Assembly (NCBI GenBank): GCA_009780675.1
Contig: WQZP01000009.1
Coordinates: 8,564 to 72,563 of the forward strand
From: Spirochaetaceae bacterium
GTDB taxonomy: Bacteria; Spirochaetota; Spirochaetia; CADAEX01
Direction of reading: 5' to 3'
DNA length: 64,000 bases
Shown here: piece after piece, positions 28,950-37,942 of the stretch
Numbering within the stretch: the stretch's first letter is position 1
Layout of the letters: every line of letters starts with the position of its first letter
Made by a program: the position numbers and the translations under genes
The notes under the pieces: generated by a model
Seen by the model: the letters and a program-made list of their open reading frames with translations, nothing else
Told to the model about the DNA's origin: nothing
The model's database searches: none

Positions 28950-29525
28950 ATGAATAGATTAATTGTTTTTTTACTATTTATTGTTTTATCGATTTTTACT
29001 TTTACCTCATGCACAACCATGACAAGCCCTACCAGAAATTATAGTTATCCATTTAGTGGAACTGTACACGAAATACCAGCTATTCCCATAAAAGATTTTG
29101 AAGTGCGTGGTATTGTTTTTGTCAGATCAACAAAAATAATTGATAGTAATGGAAATCGTACTGGATCAAAAATAACGTATGAGATGTTACTACTAGAGGC
29201 ACAAAAGTTGGGTGCTGATGATATTATTAATATCAGACTAGATGTTAATCGAGTCGAAGAGGTTTTTAGAGAGAATAATGGAAGGCGTTCTACCAGGACA
29301 ACCTATAATTATACAGCATCAGCATTAGCTATAAAATATACGACAGCAATATTATCTACATCTGCAGCTAATTCTCCTCAAAATATTCAAGCCAGCAATC
29401 ATGGCATTAGGATCAGCGCTAATGAAGAAACTTCTAGTCCTAATAGAAGACCAGGGCGAGTTGTTTTGTTTATTGGCTCTATAGTCGGGGGATTAGCTCT
29501 CTTGATGGCTGCTACTTCTTCTTAA
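28950..29525 (+). CDS. Lipoprotein with YbjQ/heavy-metal-binding-like domain and a C-terminal hydrophobic helix
   Basis: Lipobox FTSC; LLLEAQKLGADDIINIRLD; C-terminus VVLFIGSIVGGLALLMAA; RBS AGGAGG. Confidence 0.65.
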   Translation: MNRLIVFLLFIVLSIFTFTSCTTMTSPTRNYSYPFSGTVHEIPAIPIKDFEVRGIVFVRSTKIIDSNGNRTGSKITYEMLLLEAQKLGADDIINIRLDVNRVEEVFRENNGRRSTRTTYNYTASALAIKYTTAILSTSAANSPQNIQASNHGIRISANEETSSPNRRPGRVVLFIGSIVGGLALLMAATSS

Positions 29526-29561
29526 AATTATTGGCGGACAGGTATAGCAACAGAGGTAATT

Positions 29562-30023
29562 TTACTCAACTCTCCGCAATGTTTCATATGCTCCGCCAAA
29601 AGAAAAACGCAGAAAATGCACCTGCTGGAAGTCTGGTGGGGGTGTTATGTACCAGTACCTATAGAAAACTGCGCGAAATACACCAGCATCCTCAATGAAA
29701 ATATGCCCTTCTATAACATTATCATTGATTGTTGAGTGCTCTTCTGAATACCCGCTAAGAGCAATCCCTCTTAGAAAATTCCGGAAAGGGAGTTGCTCAA
29801 TATTGGCCCCCTCTGGCATTTGGCTACGCTCATATCCTGTAATGGTTATCCGGTCAAAAGTTATGTCCAGAGCACCTGTAAGCACTACACCCTGCCCATC
29901 GGAAACCCATGTCCCCTGTAAATGGGGGGCGAAACTTTCATCTTGCCATTCCATATTACAGGCAGTCAAAAAAAGAGCAAATATCACAATTCCGTAAAAA
30001 GCAAAGAATTTAATGTGTTTCAT
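29562..30023 (-). CDS. Hypothetical lipoprotein
   Basis: Lipobox LTAC after a hydrophobic stretch. Confidence 0.6.
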   Translation of the reverse strand: MKHIKFFAFYGIVIFALFLTACNMEWQDESFAPHLQGTWVSDGQGVVLTGALDITFDRITITGYERSQMPEGANIEQLPFRNFLRGIALSGYSEEHSTINDNVIEGHIFIEDAGVFRAVFYRYWYITPPPDFQQVHFLRFSFGGAYETLRRVE

Positions 30024-30094
30024 ATTATATAAAAACCCCTTATTTAAATTTTGTTACAAAAAAACATCCAGGCTTGCACGCGACTCTCACTACG

Positions 30095-30670
30095 TCAGTT
30101 AATGAAGTTTACCTTACTCTCAAGTGGCTGCCTCGGCGATGCTGCTGCTCTGGTATCAACATCAGGAGATTCATACCCCACCAGCAAAATCATGACTGCC
30201 AGATAATTTTCCGGCAAATTAAGTCTGCCAAGTAAATTATCATTTAAATTCCTAATGGGTCTAACAAACATTCTTGCTCCAAGTCCAAGCGCCTGAGCTG
30301 CCAGAAACATATTTTGCGTAGCAATCGCAGTATCAAATTCTACACTCAAACCACGAGGATGCTCTCTTGGCCCGGAAACAACTATCAAAACATTCTCATC
30401 AACAACATTACTCATGATGTCATTAATGAGCGCCCTGTTTCTGATAACAGTAAAGTGCCAGGGTTGTGAATTAGCAGCGCTGCCAGCCTGGTGCCCTGCT
30501 CTTAAAATCTGATTGATGATTTCATTGCTTATTGGTCTATTCGTAAAATGCCTCTGTGAATACGATCCATGAAGAAACTCAACAATTTCATTCCTTCTCA
30601 CAGGGTTAGCAAATAACATTGCTGCTGCTACAAAAAACAGTACAGACATAATTAAAATTTTCTTTTTCAT
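30095..30670 (-). CDS. Nitroreductase family protein with an N-terminal signal-like peptide
   Basis: AGSAANSQPWHF, FDTAIATQNMFLAAQALGLG, LLVGY. Confidence 0.85.
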   Translation of the reverse strand: MKKKILIMSVLFFVAAAMLFANPVRRNEIVEFLHGSYSQRHFTNRPISNEIINQILRAGHQAGSAANSQPWHFTVIRNRALINDIMSNVVDENVLIVVSGPREHPRGLSVEFDTAIATQNMFLAAQALGLGARMFVRPIRNLNDNLLGRLNLPENYLAVMILLVGYESPDVDTRAAASPRQPLESKVNFIN

Positions 30671-30734
30671 TATAAAATCCTCCTCTTAACAGTTTTCCGG
30701 TGGACACACTTCAAGCCAGCTAACTAACGCAAGT

Positions 30735-31838
30735 TTACAAAAGATCTGTCCTTTCATGATCCTCTATAATACTTCTAAGTTCCTTGACCTTCTGGGAAGC
30801 GCCTTTTTTACACACCAGAGCTTTCCCGTTCTTTATAACAACAATAAGGTCTTCAACTCCGCATAAAGCAACAGGAATATCAGAAAATACAGTATTATTT
30901 GATGAACCAACTTCAAATAATTCTGCCCATTTAAAATTTTTTATGATTGTTTCAAACTGATCCCAACTTCCAATATCATTCCATGAAAATTCTGCTAAAA
31001 TCATTGCAGATAATGGTGTTTTTTCCATAACAGCATAATCTATTGAAATAGAAGGAGATTGCTTGTAGGCTTCTTCAACTTCCGGGCTATCCATTATTAT
31101 TTTAAAATTACCTTCAAAAAAAGGTCCTGGAGTTTTATCAAGTTTTGCAAAGGAAGCAGCTATATCTGGAGAATATTTTTCGATTTCAGTTAAAAAAGCA
31201 TCCATTTTAAAGACAAACATTCCAGAATTCCAGAAATAGTTACCATCTTCCATAAATTGTTTTGCTGTTTTGATGTTCGGCTTTTCCATAAAAGATTCTA
31301 CTTTAAACCCTTTGCCATGAGGTTCCCCTCTTTTAATATAGCCATATCCTGTCTCCGGGTATAATGGTGGTATTCCAAATGTTACCAGAAAACCTTCGCG
31401 CGCAAGTAAATCTGCTTCTTCAGCATTTTTTTTGAATACATCCATCCCTTCTATTAAATGATCTGCAGGTAAAATAAGGGCAGAACTTGCTGCACCCTGT
31501 TTTTTGTCCTGCGCAGGGTGCGACATCCCTGCTGCAACCCACCACGCAGCAGCAGCAATCGCTGTTGCGGTATTTCTTGCAACAGGTTCGGGCAGAATTA
31601 CGATTTTGCCTGTATTCGCATACGGGGCACACTCTTTTATAACATCTTCCACCTGGGATTTTAGGGTAATTATTATAATTTCTCCGGGGATATCAAGGGC
31701 AAGCGCTCTTTCAATTGTAAGGGCCAAAAGCGATTTTTCTCCCTTAATTTTTATAAATTGCTTTGGATATTCATTTAAAGAAGCAGGCCAAAGTCGCGTA
31801 CCAGACCCACCTGCAAGGATAAAAACATTATCAACCAT
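30735..31838 (-). CDS. manC: Mannose-1-phosphate guanylyltransferase (no PMI domain)
   Basis: LAGGSGTRLWP, PKQF, EPVARNT, PADH, ETGYGYI, FMEKP, NSGMF, SIDYAVME, WNDIGSW. Confidence 0.9.
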   Translation of the reverse strand: MVDNVFILAGGSGTRLWPASLNEYPKQFIKIKGEKSLLALTIERALALDIPGEIIIITLKSQVEDVIKECAPYANTGKIVILPEPVARNTATAIAAAAWWVAAGMSHPAQDKKQGAASSALILPADHLIEGMDVFKKNAEEADLLAREGFLVTFGIPPLYPETGYGYIKRGEPHGKGFKVESFMEKPNIKTAKQFMEDGNYFWNSGMFVFKMDAFLTEIEKYSPDIAASFAKLDKTPGPFFEGNFKIIMDSPEVEEAYKQSPSISIDYAVMEKTPLSAMILAEFSWNDIGSWDQFETIIKNFKWAELFEVGSSNNTVFSDIPVALCGVEDLIVVIKNGKALVCKKGASQKVKELRSIIEDHERTDLL

Positions 31839-31902
31839 AAAATTATTATAATACTGAAACTAAATAATGCAATACTTCATTTCTAAAAATGTTTTACCTC
31901 TA

Positions 31903-31931
31903 TTGACCTCATTTTTTTTCTACCGTAAAAT
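31903..31931 (+). promoter_or_regulatory. sigma70 promoter for ilvE
   Basis: TTGACC-N17-TAAAAT. Confidence 0.5.
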
Positions 31932-31964
31932 TAGATGATTTAATAAAAATAGGAGAATATTCAA

Positions 31965-33053
31965 ATGGCAAAAGGTTTTTCACTTAATATGTACCCATGG
32001 ATTTATGTTGCAAAATTTTCAGATAATAAATGGTCAGAAAATTATATAGAACAACCTCATAAAACTCCGGCAGAGGAGGCTTCTTTGTCCGAAGAAGCTT
32101 TGGCGGATCTTTTATTGAAAAGAAATACAATTCCAGGAATTCCGGTTATAACTTATACATCCCAATATGGGAATGGCTGTTTTGAAGGGCTTAAAGCATT
32201 TCCCCAGCCAGATGGTTCACTTAAAATATTCAGACCAGATGAAAATGCAAAAAGATTCAAAAATTCTATGGAAGGCCTCTATATGCCAGGATTTCCTACA
32301 GATAAATTTATGGAGTCTGTAAAAGCAGTTGTTAAAAAAAATGCAGATATTGGATTTACAGTAAAATATGATAAAGCTTGGGAAAAAGATAACTTTTTAA
32401 GCGGAACATCTGTATATTTAAGACCTTTTGCTCTTACAGAACCAGGTATAGGGGTCAATATTTCAACCAGCCCATGGGTAATTACCATTACAACACCTGT
32501 TGGAGCTTATTTTGGCGCTGGCACTTCTGGAGCAGTAACAACAGAACGGATAAGAGCAACCCCAAAAGGGACAGGTAATTTAAAAGCAAATTCCAACTAT
32601 GTAATTTCTGCGATCGCAAAGCACGAGGCTATTCAGGCAGGTTTTATGGAAGCTGTTTTTCTTGATGTTGAAGAAAGAAAATACCTTGAAGAAGGCTCTT
32701 CTGCAAATATTTTCTGTTATCTTAAAAGTGGAACACTTGTAACTCCTGATCTTGGAGACACAATACTTCCGGGTATTACAAGAAAATCAGTGCTTAAACT
32801 GGCATCTGATATGGGAATCAAAACAGAAGAAAGAAAAATTTCCATTGATGAAGCAATGAGCGATTCACTTGAAATGTTTGTTACAGGAACTGCAGCAGGA
32901 ATAACATTTTTAGACTCTTTGCAGCACAAAGGGAAAAAAGTTGTTTTCAATAATGGCAAGATGGGAAATGTTGCGACAAAACTTTTGGCAAAACTGAAAG
33001 GGATTCAGTACGGAATGGAAGAAGACAAATACGACTGGATGGTAAAAGTTTAA
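31965..33053 (+). CDS. ilvE: Branched-chain amino acid aminotransferase
   Basis: YGNGCFEGLKAF, FRPDEN, YLRPF, PLP lysine NLKANSNY, EEGSSANIF, ILPGITR, GTAA. Confidence 0.93.
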   Translation: MAKGFSLNMYPWIYVAKFSDNKWSENYIEQPHKTPAEEASLSEEALADLLLKRNTIPGIPVITYTSQYGNGCFEGLKAFPQPDGSLKIFRPDENAKRFKNSMEGLYMPGFPTDKFMESVKAVVKKNADIGFTVKYDKAWEKDNFLSGTSVYLRPFALTEPGIGVNISTSPWVITITTPVGAYFGAGTSGAVTTERIRATPKGTGNLKANSNYVISAIAKHEAIQAGFMEAVFLDVEERKYLEEGSSANIFCYLKSGTLVTPDLGDTILPGITRKSVLKLASDMGIKTEERKISIDEAMSDSLEMFVTGTAAGITFLDSLQHKGKKVVFNNGKMGNVATKLLAKLKGIQYGMEEDKYDWMVKV

Positions 33054-33125
33054 GGTTCTGCGCCTGAGATACTGACCTATAACAGATATGACATTTAAAC
33101 CGCCTGTATAACATGGCTTTAATTA

Positions 33126-33168
33126 AAAAGGGCTGCCCCAATCGCATAGTGGGCAGCCCTTTTTTTTT
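33126..33168 (+). terminator. Intrinsic terminator between convergent ilvE and flcA
   Basis: AAAAGGGCTGCCCA-9 nt-TGGGCAGCCC followed by a T run. Confidence 0.88.
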
Positions 33169-33190
33169 CCAGATATAACTGTTTTTTTAG

Positions 33191-36100
33191 TTACTCTATT
33201 ATTTCGCCGCCGAGCAGCTCAACTCTGCCGAACAGATCCATATCGATTTCTGTATATATAAGAGGTCCATCCATTCGAAGGTTATCAACGCTATATGGGG
33301 CTACGTTACTTCCGCCAGCGCCTATAGGCCTTCCGGCATTAAGAAGAGCAAACTGGATATTAAGCTGCGACAGAGGTCTTGTAAAAGTTCTGACAACAGT
33401 TTCCGGGTTTCTGGCCATAAAATCATAAAGCTCCGCAGATCTTGTCAAATGAACAAGAGCTCTTGTATAATAAGCCTGGTTTTGAGTTCTTTCAGACATT
33501 CTATATAAAGTTGCGCCAAGATTGTTATGGACCTCCATAATTCTCTGCATAACAAACTGATGATCCCTTCTTCTGTCAATTTCAATAAAAGCCTGCCTGC
33601 CTCTCCAAATTTCAAGCAGCTCAAGAAGATTTTCATAATAAGCCATTGCAGGCGAGAAAACACTATTAAGAAAAGAAGCATTGGCAAAAGCAAACAAAGC
33701 AGAAGGATTGTTTCTTTGGTTAAGAGATATTTCGTAAAATCTTTCCGATGCTTCCCTAAAATTGTTGTTTCTATAATAGATAAATCCTATTTTATATGAA
33801 AGATTATCTTCCCTGTGTCCTGTAGCTTCAGCTCTTAAAAATTGCCTTAAAGCCTCATTAAACTTACCTGCATCATAAAAATATAAATCCCCGTAATCTT
33901 CGTATAGTCTTCCATATTTTGGCTGAAGACCAAGAATATCTATATTTCTTTCATATTCGCTAATAGCGCGTTGATAATAACTCTGCGCTGCAATAATATT
34001 TTGATCTTCACGTTCAAAATTGCCAAGCCTGTTAAGAGCCATTATTTCAAAATGCTTTCTCTGCCTTATTGCATACATATATGAATGAGGGTAATTTGTT
34101 CTTATATGGTCGATAGAGTGTGCTTCTGCAAGTCTTTCAACGATTTGAAGGCTTCTTCTTTCAAACTCTGGCCTTCCAACCATATTCCAAAAACTTGCAA
34201 GATGAAAATGTGGTTCAAGCAATGTTCTGTCAATAGTGGCAATTCTGACAAGCTCGTTATCTATTCCATCAATATTTACTTCATGTGCAAGAAGAAATCC
34301 GTAGAAATCAGCAGCAATATAAGGGTCTACATGCCTTCTTCGCAACTCTTCAAGATAGCCCCTATAATGACCAAGTAAAGCATAATATCTTATTTTTGCT
34401 GATGATACCCCACCAGGTAAAATATCATCGGTATTGGAAAATGCTTCATTTCTAAGATTAAGCAATCTCCCGGATCTTACAGCATGAGCTATCTTACGCA
34501 AATAAAGGTCATGTCTTTGTCCAAATCTTGAAATGCTGTCATTTATAGTAAACGCTGCATTGTCATATTTCGAGTTATCTATTACAGCCCAGTTCAAATA
34601 ATTATCAATTTTCCTGAGAAGCATGTCGTAATCCCACTTGTTCCCTGGCATATCAAGAAAATCTTCTATTATTCGCGATGCGCTGCTAAAATTCCCCATG
34701 AAAAATGTTTTAAGCACTGAATAATCTATAAAACCCCGCTTGTCTCCAGGGAAAAATCCGCGATGTCTTTCTCCTGGGGGTTTTTGCCTTTCAGAACTCA
34801 AACTTATCCCAAGAAGCTGCAAGTATTTTATTTCTGCAAGGCCAAATTCCCGTTTTTCAATATAGGCATTTGCATATCTATAAAATTGTTTTCTTGCGGG
34901 CCTTATGCGGCTGGCTCTTAAAAAATTCCGTTCTGATTCTGCAAAGTTACCATTTCTAAGAGCTTCGTATCCTCTATTATAAAGCAATGTTGAATGGATA
35001 GGCTTTCTTACAAAATTATTTATTAAAAACAACAGAAAAAGAAGCGCAAAAGATACAGCAAGAGCCTTTCCTGCAAAAGGAGCTACCCTGTATTTTATGA
35101 TATAAGCAAGTGTCCCTTTTTCTCTTTCAAGTTCCTGCCATGTTTTTCTTTGATAATGGGCAGGTATGCGTATTCTTTTTCCTGTTAGCTTAAAAAGAAG
35201 CTCTGTAACTTCCCGCGCAGAAGCGCCTGCCGCAACTTTATCAACAATATTATCAATATATGCTCTTGGAATATCTTTGTTTCCAATAAGGTCTTCAATA
35301 TAAAATTTGAGATTTCCAGGATATGAGGATAAAGTTTCTACTACCCTTTTTAATTTTTCTGCTGATATATAAAATTTTTCAGATCTCTCTTCTACACTAG
35401 CCCTGCCACCCTCAGGTTTGGCTACAGCTTTTTCTGAAAGATCCTCTGGCTGCGTATCTTCAAGATCATCAATAGAGCCAAATTTATCTCCTAAATCTTC
35501 AAGATTAAAATCATTGCTTAAGGCAGGCGTTTCTTGTGTTTCAGTCTCATCAAGAACCAGAGACTCTTCTTCCTTCTTTTCAAATTCATCATCTACAGAG
35601 ATTGAATCCAGCGAACCAATATCAAAATCTTTATCAAGAGATAAGTCTTCGGAGTCAAGTGATGGGAGTTCAAACTCTTCCTCTTCTTTTGCCCCGTCTG
35701 ATACATCCCCGGAATCAAGGCTGGGAAGTTCGAACTCATCTTCTTTTTCAGCATCAAGCGCTGGTAAGTCATCAGAACCTAAGTCTGGTAGCTCAAAGTC
35801 TTCTTCTTTTTCGCCATCAAGTGTTGGTAAGTCATCAGAACCTAAGTCTGGTAGCTCAAAGTCTTCTTCTTTTTCGCCATCAAGCGTTGGTAAGTCATCA
35901 GAACCTAAGTCTGGCAGCTCAAAGTCTTCTTCTTTTTCGCCATCAAGCGTTGGCAAGTCATCAGAACCTAAATCTGGCAGCTCAAAGTCTTCTTCTTTTT
36001 CACCATCAAGCGATGGCAAGTCATCAGAACCTAAATCTGGCAACTCAAAGTCTTCTTCTTTTTCGCCATCAAGCGCTGGTAAGTCATCAGAACCTAAATC

Positions 36101-37057
36101 TGGCAGCTCAAAGTCTTCTTCTTTTTCGCCATCAAGCGATGGCAAGTCATCAGAACCTAAATCTGGCAGCTCAAAGTCATCTTCTTTTTCACCATCAAGC
36201 GATGGCAAGTCATCAGAACCTAAGTCTGGCAGCTCAAAGTCTTCTTCTTTTTCGCCATCAAGCGTTGGCAAGTCATCAGAACCTAAGTCTGGTAGCTCAA
36301 AGTCTTCTTCTTTTTCACCATCAAGCGTTGGTAAGTCATCAGAGCCTAAATCTGGTAGCTCAAAGTCATCTTCTTTTTCACCATCAAGCGATGGCAAGTC
36401 ATCAGAACCTAAATCTGGCAGCTCAAAGTCTTCTTCTTTTTCGCTATCCGCGCCTGGTTCAGTACCTTCAAAAATATCATCAAGAGAACCTATCTCAAAG
36501 TCATCAGTTGAACCATCGCCGCCCTCCTGTTCTGAAAAGCGGTCAAGAAGAGCATCAGGATTATCATCAAGCTCAATAGAGTCGTCGCCAAAAATATTTT
36601 CAAGGTCTTCTTTTTCTTCGGTGTCAGCATTATCTACATCTGCAGATAAGTCTTCGGAGTCAAGGGGCGGAAGCTCAAAGTCATCTTCTTTTTCCCCTCC
36701 AGGCGCTGATAAATCGCCAAGATTAAGATCCGGAAGCTCGAAGTCATCTTCTTTTTCCTCTCCAGACGCTGATAGATCGCCAGAACCCAAGTCCGGTAGC
36801 TCAAAGTCATCAGTTTTACCAGGATCATCGCCGCCAATATCTTGAGGCAGGGAAAAACTATCCAAATCCGGGGGCTCTGTATCTGCGTTGATATCTGCAG
36901 GAAAATTATCAAGAAGTGCGGATATATCATCTAACTTCTCGTTTTCTTCTGGCTCTGCTTTCTGAGTTGCTTCCCACGTACTTCCCTTATAAGCAGGGTC
37001 ATTGCCAAGTGAGTTAAGTTTATCTTTTAATTTATCAATATCTTTTTTTGAAGGCAT
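33191..37057 (-). CDS. flcA: Periplasmic flagellar collar protein FlcA-like (acidic repeat N-terminus, one TM helix, TPR C-terminus)
   Basis: Start MPSKKDIDKLKDKLNSLGN, long D/E-rich region, TM ALAVSFALLFLLFLI, TPR-like helices, divergent CBM48 neighbour as recalled for spirochaetes. Confidence 0.7.
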   Translation of the reverse strand: MPSKKDIDKLKDKLNSLGNDPAYKGSTWEATQKAEPEENEKLDDISALLDNFPADINADTEPPDLDSFSLPQDIGGDDPGKTDDFELPDLGSGDLSASGEEKEDDFELPDLNLGDLSAPGGEKEDDFELPPLDSEDLSADVDNADTEEKEDLENIFGDDSIELDDNPDALLDRFSEQEGGDGSTDDFEIGSLDDIFEGTEPGADSEKEEDFELPDLGSDDLPSLDGEKEDDFELPDLGSDDLPTLDGEKEEDFELPDLGSDDLPTLDGEKEEDFELPDLGSDDLPSLDGEKEDDFELPDLGSDDLPSLDGEKEEDFELPDLGSDDLPALDGEKEEDFELPDLGSDDLPSLDGEKEEDFELPDLGSDDLPTLDGEKEEDFELPDLGSDDLPTLDGEKEEDFELPDLGSDDLPTLDGEKEEDFELPDLGSDDLPALDAEKEDEFELPSLDSGDVSDGAKEEEEFELPSLDSEDLSLDKDFDIGSLDSISVDDEFEKKEEESLVLDETETQETPALSNDFNLEDLGDKFGSIDDLEDTQPEDLSEKAVAKPEGGRASVEERSEKFYISAEKLKRVVETLSSYPGNLKFYIEDLIGNKDIPRAYIDNIVDKVAAGASAREVTELLFKLTGKRIRIPAHYQRKTWQELEREKGTLAYIIKYRVAPFAGKALAVSFALLFLLFLINNFVRKPIHSTLLYNRGYEALRNGNFAESERNFLRASRIRPARKQFYRYANAYIEKREFGLAEIKYLQLLGISLSSERQKPPGERHRGFFPGDKRGFIDYSVLKTFFMGNFSSASRIIEDFLDMPGNKWDYDMLLRKIDNYLNWAVIDNSKYDNAAFTINDSISRFGQRHDLYLRKIAHAVRSGRLLNLRNEAFSNTDDILPGGVSSAKIRYYALLGHYRGYLEELRRRHVDPYIAADFYGFLLAHEVNIDGIDNELVRIATIDRTLLEPHFHLASFWNMVGRPEFERRSLQIVERLAEAHSIDHIRTNYPHSYMYAIRQRKHFEIMALNRLGNFEREDQNIIAAQSYYQRAISEYERNIDILGLQPKYGRLYEDYGDLYFYDAGKFNEALRQFLRAEATGHREDNLSYKIGFIYYRNNNFREASERFYEISLNQRNNPSALFAFANASFLNSVFSPAMAYYENLLELLEIWRGRQAFIEIDRRRDHQFVMQRIMEVHNNLGATLYRMSERTQNQAYYTRALVHLTRSAELYDFMARNPETVVRTFTRPLSQLNIQFALLNAGRPIGAGGSNVAPYSVDNLRMDGPLIYTEIDMDLFGRVELLGGEIIE
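35747..36439 (-). repeat. Coding tandem repeat, 11 x 63 bp (KE[E/D]DFELPDLGSDDLP[S/T/A]LDGE)
   Basis: Counted from the translation; degenerate copies flank the array at about 35640-35746 and 36655-36810. Confidence 0.93.
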
Positions 37058-37245
37058 TTGTTCCCTATTCAAAATTTTCGGAGTAAAAAGCACCCTTTCT
37101 TAGACAATTTATATCCTTTATATAGAAAAAAATACCCAAAAAAGCTTTTCTATTGCGGAAAATATTATAAATTATGAAAATATTATGAGAAATTTGAGGA
37201 AAAATTATTAATACCTGCCATAACAAAGCCGATTTTATATAATGT

Positions 37246-37932
37246 ATGGTGAAAAAAATAACTTGGCTTCTCATAATTTTATTTGTATGTATGCAAGCCT
37301 ATGCAATTGAAATTGATAACTTTAATGTGCAAAAACATATGATCCTCACCACCGAAGCTACAGCACCTGTAATTATGGGGGATTATATAATATTTACATT
37401 TCAAAGCAATGAAAGGACCTCTTTTGTAGGGGCTGCTTTTGATTTTGATAATTATGTTAAAGTGCATCAGTTTAGAATAAATTCCGAAGGGGTTTTTATT
37501 CTCGTAATAAGAAAACCTAATAGCGAAAGCATAAGATACAGGCTGATTGTTGATGGATTATGGATGGCAGACCCATTCAATCCCACAAGAACAAGAAAAC
37601 CTAATGGAATCGAAATATCTGTTTTAAATATTCCCAATAACTTCCTGGGTGAAAGAACTTTTCCATTTACAGAAAATGGGATCACTCACTTCAGATACAG
37701 AGGCGAAGCAGGAAGAAGAGTATATCTTGCTGGAAGTTTTAACAGATGGGACCCTTTTATGTATCATATGAGAGAAAGAAGTCCTGGAGAATATTTTATC
37801 TCTATAAGACTTCCTGCCGGAACTCATCATTATTACTTTGTTGTTAATGGACTGACTGTATCAGATGATAATAACCCAAATGTTCTGTGGGATAGAGATT
37901 TCAGAAGAATATCGGCATTTACAATCAGGTAA
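37246..37932 (+). CDS. Exported glycogen-binding (CBM48/isoamylase-N-like) tandem-domain protein
   Basis: Signal peptide; IRYRLIVDGLWMADPFNP and VYLAGSFNRWDP...HYYFVVNG...DDNNP. Confidence 0.8.
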   Translation: MVKKITWLLIILFVCMQAYAIEIDNFNVQKHMILTTEATAPVIMGDYIIFTFQSNERTSFVGAAFDFDNYVKVHQFRINSEGVFILVIRKPNSESIRYRLIVDGLWMADPFNPTRTRKPNGIEISVLNIPNNFLGERTFPFTENGITHFRYRGEAGRRVYLAGSFNRWDPFMYHMRERSPGEYFISIRLPAGTHHYYFVVNGLTVSDDNNPNVLWDRDFRRISAFTIR

Positions 37933-37942
37933 ATGGAAACAA

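Noticed and set aside
35418-36845. 475-aa Ser-rich and 347-aa plus-strand ORFs; the 63-bp periodic array as a possible CRISPR
   Set aside because: These are antisense shadows of the in-frame flcA repeat. The units are contiguous with no unique spacers and no cas genes.
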